Shown here one piece after another: positions 19,577-27,508 of a stretch of DNA of 64,000 nt. How positions within the stretch are numbered: the stretch's first letter is position 1; every line of letters begins with the position of its first letter. Under the pieces are notes generated by a model, which worked only from the letters and a program-made list of their open reading frames with translations, was not told where the DNA came from and made no database searches. The position numbers and the translations under genes are program-made. The stretch is from an uncultured delta proteobacterium (lineage in GTDB: Bacteria; Desulfobacterota; Binatia; UBA9968): positions 32,001-96,000 of the forward strand of contig CAVWLW010000057.1 of the NCBI GenBank assembly GCA_963755715.1, given 5' to 3'.

Positions 19577-20413
19577 ATGTCACGACCCGAAAGAGTCGAA
19601 GAATCCCTGCCCGCCTTCGAAGCCTTCGTCAATTATTCGGTCGATACCGGTGAGAAGCCCGCCAGCTACGGCGGCATCAACACTTTCGAAGCCGACAAAA
19701 AGCGCACAGGGAAGTATCAAGAATACAAGATGCCGATCTACAATGGCCGGGCAATCGCCAACAATCTCTCACTTGAAAGAGAGGGATTTATCCTTGTTCG
19801 CCATGACACCAGGGTAAAAGATTTTTACGAAGAGAGTGAAATCCGTTCGGTTTACTATCCGGAGATCGAGCAGCTGGTAAAGCAAACTGCCGGCGCGAAA
19901 AGAGTTCTGGTGTTTGACCACACGCTCCGCTCGGCCGACAGCGCAACCCGCGAAGCGAAACAGATCAGCGGTCCGGTGCGCAATGCGCATAATGATTACA
20001 CCGAATGGTCGGGACCTCAACGCGTGCGCGACCTATTGCCGGGCGAAGCCGAGGAATTGCTCAAGCGCCGCTTTGCTGTCGTCCAGGTGTGGCGTCCCAT
20101 TCGCCATCCAGTGCAAAGAGAACCTCTGGCCATTGCCGACGCGAGAAGCATCGGCATGAAGGAGCTATTTCCCAGCTCGCGCGTTTACCCGGACCGGGTC
20201 GGTGAGGTGTATCATTGCGCTTATAACCCGGAACACCGTTGGTATTACTTTCCCAATATGCAGCGTCACGAAGCAGTGGTGTTCAAAACCTTCGACTCGA
20301 TAAAAGACGGCCGCGCCCGGTGGACGGCTCATACGGCCTTCGACGATCCAACCAGTCCGCCCGATGCCCCACCGCGGGAAAGCATCGAGATGCGAACCTT
20401 GGCTTTCTTCTGA
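19577..20413 (+). CDS. CmcJ/NvfI/AsaB-family putative Fe/2-oxoglutarate oxidoreductase
   Basis: LEREGF, YYPEIEQLVK, VFDHTLR, AHNDYT, VWRPI, WYYFPNM, HTAF and RESIEMR motifs. Confidence 0.85.
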   Translation: MSRPERVEESLPAFEAFVNYSVDTGEKPASYGGINTFEADKKRTGKYQEYKMPIYNGRAIANNLSLEREGFILVRHDTRVKDFYEESEIRSVYYPEIEQLVKQTAGAKRVLVFDHTLRSADSATREAKQISGPVRNAHNDYTEWSGPQRVRDLLPGEAEELLKRRFAVVQVWRPIRHPVQREPLAIADARSIGMKELFPSSRVYPDRVGEVYHCAYNPEHRWYYFPNMQRHEAVVFKTFDSIKDGRARWTAHTAFDDPTSPPDAPPRESIEMRTLAFF

Positions 20414-20437
20414 TTTCGGTAGCCGACTCGGATAAAC

Positions 20438-20472
20438 AAAAAGGCCTGCGTTTTAGTATCGCAGGCCTTTTT
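20438..20472. terminator. Bidirectional intrinsic terminator
   Basis: aaaaaggcctgcg-ttttagtat-cgcaggccttttt: GC stem with A/T runs on both sides. Confidence 0.85.
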
Positions 20473-20541
20473 AGTGTGGGTTTTTGCGAAGCGCAAATTT
20501 AAAGATCTTTTCAAGATCTTGGCAACTCGGAGACCATCCGA

Positions 20542-20607
20542 TTATTTGCTGGTTTGTTTCTTTCTCGGCCGTTTCCGGCACGTCATACAGTCGATCTTTG
20601 CAGCCAT
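20542..20607 (-). CDS. Candidate 21-aa small protein MAAKIDCMTCRKRPRKKQTSK
   Basis: RBS AGGGAGG about 6 nt upstream of ATG, a promoter-like TTGACG-N16-TACAAA upstream, and a terminator downstream. Confidence 0.55.
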   Translation of the reverse strand: MAAKIDCMTCRKRPRKKQTSK

Positions 20608-20632
20608 GATTTCCCTCCCTGTAGTGCGGTTC

Positions 20633-20660
20633 TTTGTATCATCCAATCCTTAGACGTCAA
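20633..20660 (-). promoter_or_regulatory. Putative sigma70-type promoter for the small ORF
   Basis: TTGACG-N16-TACAAA, with TG two bases before the -10 box. Confidence 0.4.
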
Positions 20661-20963
20661 CCGGCTAAGCTCCATCAAATCGCCCGCAATCGTACACTTT
20701 CCATTGACTGTCTAGGCAGTTAGGCCATTCTAGAAAATTCTACGCCACCACTTAGCAGAACATCTTGAAGTAAAAAGCCATAAACCACGGTAAAGCGCCT
20801 TGAAATACAGGTAATTTGCCGGATCGAAGACGACGTAAAAAACTGTCTGGATGGGGGATTGGACGGTTTCGCGCACATTCGACAAGCACTTGTCTTGAGG
20901 TCCCAACTTCCGGTAAAGTCCGTTAGACATTGAAATCTAGAATCAACTTACAGGAGGGAAAAG

Positions 20964-21401
20964 ATGGCTAAGATAGACAAGATTACGGTGGTGGACGTGG
21001 AAAAACAGGCGCAATGGGGCCGGCCAACCGGGCGCAACTACGCGCGCCCAACTCAGACCGACCGCGTTCACATTGCACTCAACAGCTACGAACCGGGAGT
21101 CAACGATGAGCTGCATTGCCATCCCGGCTCCGATCACACCTTTTTCGTAGTCCAGGGCGAATGCACCATGAAGGGCCTGAAACCGGATGAAGAGTTCGTT
21201 TTAAAGCAGCACCAAGCGGTACATGTTCCCGCAGGCTTCTTTTATCAGCTCAACAATACGGGCAAGGAACGTTTGATCCTCTATCAGGTCAGCACCGAAC
21301 CCAAGCCACGACCGAAAATCGGCAAAGTCATCTACGGCGTTCACACCGGCCTCAAAGAGCATCTCCTCAATCCCGTCGAAGCGAAAGTCGCGCGCCCATG
21401 A
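20964..21401 (+). CDS. Cupin domain protein
   Basis: LHCHPGSDHTFFVVQG and HVPAG motifs; AGGAGG RBS. Confidence 0.85.
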   Translation: MAKIDKITVVDVEKQAQWGRPTGRNYARPTQTDRVHIALNSYEPGVNDELHCHPGSDHTFFVVQGECTMKGLKPDEEFVLKQHQAVHVPAGFFYQLNNTGKERLILYQVSTEPKPRPKIGKVIYGVHTGLKEHLLNPVEAKVARP

Positions 21402-21655
21402 CCTTTGCCGAAGTTCTCGATTGGTGCCGAAAAAATCATGCTGACGTGCGCGGTGTTTACCGCGGCAAAGATGTTTCTATTTCGCATAAGGATAGCGCAC
21501 TTCCTGCGGAGCTGCCGTCTATCGGCGAGATCTTTCACTGGGATGTCGAAATGCCTGAGTTGAATCACTACGTGAGCAGCTCGGACTTTGAGCGCATCGT
21601 GACCGGCAAGCTCACCATCGACGGCTTCAAGAGCACACTGCGCGGCAGCGATTAA
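21398..21655 (+). CDS. Hypothetical protein (85 aa), translationally coupled to the cupin
   Basis: ATGA overlap with the cupin stop, protein-like composition, followed by a terminator. Confidence 0.7.
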   Translation: MTFAEVLDWCRKNHADVRGVYRGKDVSISHKDSALPAELPSIGEIFHWDVEMPELNHYVSSSDFERIVTGKLTIDGFKSTLRGSD

Positions 21656-21678
21656 GCGAATTCTCGACTGTGCATAAA

Positions 21679-21720
21679 CAAAATCGCCACCCGCGGCTTT
21701 AGCCGCGGGTGGCGATTTTG
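21679..21720. terminator. Perfect 20-bp inverted repeat, probable bidirectional terminator
   Basis: caaaatcgccacccgcggct-tt-agccgcgggtggcgattttg between convergent genes. Confidence 0.85.
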
Positions 21721-21739
21721 TCTTTGCAGCGTAGATCTA

Positions 21740-22498
21740 TTATGCGGGCAGGTTCGGATTCCCGACCTCGGGCGAGTTCCACTTCAGGTGGCGCTCTAAG
21801 AAATCAGTCACCAACGGCCACGAAAGGTCGGCGGTGTGAGCGTTATACCCGGGCGCTCCGGGGTCGACGTAGCCGTGGCCGCCGAATGGAAAAAAGTGCC
21901 ACTCCAACGGCTGGCCGTTCTCTTTAAATGCCTGCCACATTTGCTCCTGCACCGGCAGCACCGTAGTGACATCATCAGCGCCATAAAGATTAATCGATGG
22001 ACAGCGAATCTTCCGTGCGCTGACCGTTGGGTGCACCGGCCGGAGCGGCGAGTCGGGCTCGGCGCGCACCGTCGGATAATAGCCGACGAAAGCGCGCACG
22101 TCGGGAGTCGCCGCGACGAAATGGATCGCGATGCGGCCGCCCATGCAGTAACCACAGACCGCCACTCGATCTTTGTTGACCGTTGCTTGCTTGAGCAGAA
22201 AACGCCAGCCTTCCGTCAGCACACGGGTAAATTCAGGATCCGGCGTTTTCGCTTGAATCTGCGAACCCGTGACAATATGGGTTGGCTCTGGATAACCCAG
22301 TTGCTCGAAGACATTGATCGCGAAAGTGGTATAGCCAAGCTTGGCGAACTTTCGCGTTTCGGTTTTGATATATTCGCCAAGCCCTCCTTTTGGATGAATT
22401 AAGAATAATGCCGGACCGGGCTCAGACCGCTCCGGGTAGGACAGAAATCCCGCCACTCCATGATCTTTGGTGCTAAAGGCTTTCTCAATAATCCGCAT
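21740..22498 (-). CDS. Dienelactone hydrolase family protein
   Basis: GYCMGG nucleophile, LYGADD and GHGY motifs. Confidence 0.88.
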   Translation of the reverse strand: MRIIEKAFSTKDHGVAGFLSYPERSEPGPALFLIHPKGGLGEYIKTETRKFAKLGYTTFAINVFEQLGYPEPTHIVTGSQIQAKTPDPEFTRVLTEGWRFLLKQATVNKDRVAVCGYCMGGRIAIHFVAATPDVRAFVGYYPTVRAEPDSPLRPVHPTVSARKIRCPSINLYGADDVTTVLPVQEQMWQAFKENGQPLEWHFFPFGGHGYVDPGAPGYNAHTADLSWPLVTDFLERHLKWNSPEVGNPNLPA

Positions 22499-22852
22499 TA
22501 CCGACTCCTCGGAAATTTGATATAGAAACGCAACCTAACACGATCCCTCGAGATCGGTAAAGAGCTGTGCGTTAACAAAGCATCGATCACAAGTTTTTAT
22601 ACGACAGTACGGCCGATTTCGGGTTTGGCGCAGCCCGCGGGAGAGAAACTTATATGCCCGTATATTGCAAAAATGCCGATCTGGCACCCCTTGAGGTATA
22701 GTCTCGCTAACGCGCAGCTTCCTCTATCGTGAAAAAGTGAACATTATTGGCCGAGCAAACAAAAGAGACGTGGCCACGACCAAAAAGACGACTACGCTCA
22801 ACCCTGATTTTTTAAGCATTTAGAAGAACTATTTAATGCCAAAGCTGATGGA

Positions 22853-23824
22853 ATGAGAATTGCTCAGTTTCGCAGTGAGCAAAAGCTTGCCTCGAGACCA
22901 CAGGAGAACTTTGGCGCAATGCAAGACCAGGGATCCATACGACCGCTACCCCCATCAAATAAGAACCAAGAGAATAAAGGAGATCTGATAGCGTTTCCGG
23001 CTACTCCGTCGTTTTCTCTCGCCGAGGCCAATTCCATCGTCGACATAGAAATTCAGGCCGACCAACTTCTCGCCTACATTAATAAACTTACTTCGCTCGC
23101 CGATCGGGCGTGCAGCACGGCGATAAGCCAAAACGAAACGACGCACCTAATCGAAGAAAACCGGCGCAGCGAGATGATCAACTTGCGCAGTCATTTGGAT
23201 CAGCAGAGCGCTCAACTGCGCGAACAGCAACTTGCCCTGCTCCGTCTCGAACATGAATCAAAAACCAAAATCGCAAGTTTGGAGAATCAGTTACAACAGA
23301 CCAAGTTTCACCGAAACGAAGAAAACAGACTGGCGTTATTGCGCGACGAGAATGCGAAACTTGCCAGCCAGCTCCGTGAAGCCGAGTCGCGGGCCGAGCA
23401 GACCCAGTCGCACACTCAAGGCGATCTCGCACCCCATAGCCAGGAAGTCGCCGAATTGAGGCTACAGCTCGCCAAACGGGATGAAACGATTCAAAGTAAA
23501 AACAACGCGATCAAAAATATCGAAGTCGATTTTCGCGCTAAGATCTTGGCGTTGGAGCAGAGCCTGCGGGACACCCAAGCCGAATTAAGAAATCACGAGG
23601 CGCAACTCAAAGAAAAAGACGCTCTAGTTCAAGCAACTGCCGCCAAAGAGGCGGAAATGGGCAATCTCATCAAGCGTTTATCCACCGAGTGCTCGACTCT
23701 GAGTAAGGAACTTCATCAAAAGAACCGCAAACTCGCGCACACCGAGTCAAAACAAGGGCAACCTATCGCTGACGCAAGAATTTGGCGCCGAGTGATCGGA
23801 CGCCTGCAAGAAGATCCGCAATAA
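22853..23824 (+). CDS. Hypothetical long coiled-coil protein
   Basis: E/Q/K/L-rich heptad pattern over about 200 aa, ending IWRRVIGRLQEDPQ. Confidence 0.7.
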   Translation: MRIAQFRSEQKLASRPQENFGAMQDQGSIRPLPPSNKNQENKGDLIAFPATPSFSLAEANSIVDIEIQADQLLAYINKLTSLADRACSTAISQNETTHLIEENRRSEMINLRSHLDQQSAQLREQQLALLRLEHESKTKIASLENQLQQTKFHRNEENRLALLRDENAKLASQLREAESRAEQTQSHTQGDLAPHSQEVAELRLQLAKRDETIQSKNNAIKNIEVDFRAKILALEQSLRDTQAELRNHEAQLKEKDALVQATAAKEAEMGNLIKRLSTECSTLSKELHQKNRKLAHTESKQGQPIADARIWRRVIGRLQEDPQ

Positions 23825-23860
23825 GTCGTTCTGGCATTAGATCCGTCCGTTGCCAGAGAC

Positions 23861-24462
23861 TCATCGATCAAAAACCCCTTCTCTTTCCAGCTGCTCGACG
23901 AAAGACGAATCGACCAGTGATGCCAGGTCGATGTTCCTTGCCTTGGGATTCGCTTCGGCAATCATCGCTGTTAGAATTTTCATCGCGCTCGGATCGGCGT
24001 ATGGCTTCTTGAGCATCAGCTCGCGATAGGTTTCGTAACCTTCCTCAATCATCGCGCGGTTTTTCTCCAATGGCATGCGCAAGTACTTGGCCAAGATCTT
24101 CGACTTGTTGCGATTAAACTGCATCCCTTCAGCCAGCGCCGCGACGAATCCCGACACGGTGCGCGAATCTTCGCGCAAAGAATTCTCCGAAACCGCGACG
24201 ATATTGCGCAGATAGGGCACGTCCATCGGCGCCAGATCCACGAGCAGTTTGTAACCTTCCTTGGCTGCCATCGTTGTGTACGGCGGATCCAATATCGCCG
24301 CCGGCACTTTGTTGCCGAGCAACGCTTCGAAACGCGCCGATTTGCCGCCGATATTGAGCGGCACTACTTAATCCTTCGCGAGCCCGAGCCCAAATGCGTT
24401 TTGCGCCATCAGAGCGAACCCAGCCAACCAGACAAACCCAGGAATGATTTGCCTCGATTCAT
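23861..24462 (-). pseudogene. Internally deleted NMT1/TauA-type substrate-binding protein pseudogene
   Basis: Frameshifted signal peptide (MNRGKSFLG/VWLAGFALMAQNAFG) joins directly to LGLAKD*VVPLNIGGKSARFEALL, with an in-frame TAA at 24368-24370. The C-terminal half (LVDSSFVEQLEREG) is intact. Confidence 0.75.
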
Positions 24463-24497
24463 TGAAACACCGGTTATTCCACCATTCCAATACTCGG

Positions 24498-26123
24498 TCA
24501 TTCCAACCGTTCCTGCATCACCGCCACAGTCTGCATATGTGTTCCGGTGCGTCCCGGCAGATACGCCGATTTGGCGCCCGCCCCACCGGCGACGACGAGC
24601 CAAATATCCTCCGGTCGGTCCACGGCGCCAATTTCACGAGCTGCGCCATTTTTTTGAAACCAGCGCGGCCGCCGCTTGGACAACAGTTCGAGATTTTCAT
24701 CTGAAATCTTTTCATGAGGCAGTCGCGCCATAGCGAACAATTCCTGGCGAATGGCATCTTTCGAGTATCCGCCGGCAGCGAAGATCGCCGCGTGCTCCGG
24801 GCAAATTACGAATAGAACCTCCGTCGTGGTCACGCCGCTCGCCAAACCGCCGGTCATCGTCAGCGCGAAGGTCTTGAGCAGTCCTTTGGCCGTCTGGCTC
24901 GCCATATCGACGGCGCTATACACGCCGCTGCAACCCGTGACGCTGACTGTGTCCACGCCCTTACCGACGCTGCGTTCGACATGCAGCGGCTCCCACGGAC
25001 TCGCCTCTTCGTTCTCACCGAAGCAAAAGGTGTACTTGGCCGGCTGCCCGACCGTCGACTTGTCGAATTGCCCGGGAGTCGCCCCGCCGATATTGGCCAT
25101 AATCAATCGCAGCGCCCTGCCGATGGTCGCATTGGCGCGCCATCCCTGGCCGAGCACATTCGCCCCCGAATTGATTTTCAAGCGGTGCCGGCACGGCCCA
25201 TTGACGATAATCATCGGTGCGACATTGCCGGTGGTGGTTTGCACGCCGTCGAGATTGAATCCCGGCAGCAGCACGCCTTTTGTCGCGGCGACAACCAGCG
25301 GAAAATATTCCGGCAAACAGCCGGCCATCACCGCGTTAGCAGCAAGCTTTTCGATCACCGCCCTGCCGTTTAATGGTGGCATCGCGCCGAGGGAAAAATG
25401 CTTATCCAATCCGCTCGCCGCGACCATTATTTCAACCGCCGCCCCCGTCGGCGGCAGAACCGGCAGGCCGTCGCTCCAGCCGCGCTCGATCATCTCGTTG
25501 AATAATTCAGCGGGCTCGCTTGAAACCATAATGAGTGAATCGGAATCATCGCCGTTCGTCCTGTTTATCGCCGTCGCGCCGGCAGCAAATTTACTATTGC
25601 GCAGCAACTGCTCCGCAATCGCGTCAACCGTCGACTCCGCCAACGAGCGCAATCGGTCGAGAGCAATCGATCCCACCGGGTGCGGCACCTTCACCAAAGG
25701 CAAATCGGCCATGCCGCGATTTTGCGACTCGCTCTGAGCCAGGGAAAAGAACTCGTCGGTGACCACCGTGGCGGTCGGAATCGCCGCGCTTTCGAGTTTG
25801 ACGGAGTCGTGGACACTCCACGACGTGCACGAGCCTCAATCGGCAAAGGCGTTGATCACGACATCACAACGCGCAATCAGCTCGGGCAAACAGTCCGCCT
25901 CGGTCCGGCTCATTTTGCACAGCGCCACGAGCTCGATGTCGCCGGCGCGCCGCTTGAGCAGGTCACCGACAAATTGCAGAAACTTGTCGGCATTGGGCTT
26001 GTTGTTGTCGAGCAGACCGACACGCAATCCGTGCAGAGAATCGTGCTTGCGCCGAGCCAGACCGGTTTGCTTGCTCTCGCCGACTCCTACCGGATTGACG
26101 ATTTCGATCGATGTCTCGCTCAT
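24498..26123 (-). CDS. UGSC-motif selenoprotein fused to a C-terminal conserved GWSDGLP-type domain (541 aa), Sec at UGA 25836-25838
   Basis: ORF 25836..26123 (VGLLDNNKPNA...VINAFAD) continues in frame through TGA as U-GSCTSWSVHD into ORF 24498..25766 (VPHP; GWSDGLPVLPPT; NAVMAGC; NATIGRALRL). GGAGG RBS. Confidence 0.88.
25806..25824 (-). promoter_or_regulatory. Putative bacterial SECIS hairpin for the UGSC gene
   Basis: GTCGTGGA-GTG-TCCACGAC: perfect 8-bp stem with a G-starting loop, beginning 11 nt after the UGA. Confidence 0.75.
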
Positions 26124-26169
26124 AGAATGCCTCCGATTAGCCGCGCCGAAATTACGCGCCCGTGGGGAT

Positions 26170-27279
26170 TCAGCGAATTTTTAACATGCGCTCGATGGGC
26201 ACCCGAGCGCGCGCAGCCAGCTCCGGGGCCACGGTAATCTCGTGGACGCCGTCGCGCAAGGATTGATAGACTTTGCGCAAGGTATTCTGCTTCATGAAGG
26301 CGCAGACCGCCTCACGGCTCGCCGGTACGATAGTCTTGTCCGGCGCCGCTTTTGAAAGTGGATAAATATTCCCGACCTCGGTCGCCATGATGACGACTTT
26401 TTGCGGCGTGTCGCGCACGAATTGCACCATCCCTTGGGTCGAACGAAACTGCATCATCTCCACAGGCGTTTTCTCTTGCGCCATCTGGCGCATGCAAGCA
26501 CTGGTGCAACCGCACTCGGGATGGACCACCACCGCCGCATCGGGATAGACGCGCCGTTGCTGCTCGACATGATAGGGACGAATCCGATCGTGCACGTGGC
26601 AGGCGCCCATCATCAGCCACAGCCGGTCCAGCGGTTGGTTTTGCTGCTCTAATAATTTCGCCGCATAGAATCCTAAATAAACATCCGGCAGAAAAAGGAT
26701 CGGCTGGCTCGTCTCCGAGTGTCTCAACACGTGGAGAATGACCTGAGCGGCATTGGCCGATGCGCAGCAGTAATCGCTCTCCGCCTTCACGTCTAAATAC
26801 GTGTTCACGTAACTGATCACGATACCGTCGCGATGCTCCTGCTTCCAGCGGCGGATCTTGTCGACGTCGGCGTGGGCGGCGAGGGAACAGAGCGCGCCGA
26901 GATCGGGCGCGAGCACGCGCTGGTGCGGCTTTTTCATAATCGCGAGAATTTGATTCATGAACAGGACGGAAGCTTCGAGCAAGATTTCCGCGTCCGACTC
27001 GGCGCCCTTCTGCGCTAAATAGAGCGAATCGCCGACCGCGTCGGAGACGTCCTGGATGTCCGACGGCGCATAGTTGTGCGCCAGAATGTAAGCGTTTTTT
27101 TCTTTCTTGAGACGGGCGATTTCTGCCAAAAGCCAGCGATGCTCTTCCGTCGGCACATTCTTCGGCTCGGCTTCCGGCGGCAGCGGTGGGATTTCGAGAG
27201 GCAAACCAAGATCGATCTGATCAATCAAATCGATCGCCTCGCGGGCGGGGAAAATATCACCAGACATCGGTCCGTCCAT
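26170..27279 (-). CDS. nadA: Quinolinate synthase A
   Basis: ILAHNY, GDSL.LAQ, CSLA, SYVNT, FLPD.YLG, GACHVH, VHPEC, ATE and C..MKQNTL; three cluster-ligand Cys present. Confidence 0.93.
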   Translation of the reverse strand: MDGPMSGDIFPAREAIDLIDQIDLGLPLEIPPLPPEAEPKNVPTEEHRWLLAEIARLKKEKNAYILAHNYAPSDIQDVSDAVGDSLYLAQKGAESDAEILLEASVLFMNQILAIMKKPHQRVLAPDLGALCSLAAHADVDKIRRWKQEHRDGIVISYVNTYLDVKAESDYCCASANAAQVILHVLRHSETSQPILFLPDVYLGFYAAKLLEQQNQPLDRLWLMMGACHVHDRIRPYHVEQQRRVYPDAAVVVHPECGCTSACMRQMAQEKTPVEMMQFRSTQGMVQFVRDTPQKVVIMATEVGNIYPLSKAAPDKTIVPASREAVCAFMKQNTLRKVYQSLRDGVHEITVAPELAARARVPIERMLKIR

Positions 27280-27508
27280 GGTAAAAGCCTCGGTTTCTAA
27301 GAGCCTAAATCCTGACGGGAATTTAAACAGGAGTTAGAGGAGAGTTAAAGAGCGCCCAAATCAAATTACTTGCACCCCAGGTCGGATATCGGCGCAGCAA
27401 AATAACCCGCGAAAGCAAAACGGATTTGGCCTGCGCCCGTACCGTTCGAGTGCATTCAACCAGTGGCTTACGAAGAAACAATCGTTCTTACGTCGTATGG
27501 GGACGCGT

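Noticed and set aside
25836-26123. Separate 95-aa and 422-aa genes
   Set aside because: In-frame TGA in a UGSC motif with a SECIS-like hairpin, and no RBS evident for the GTG at 25766.
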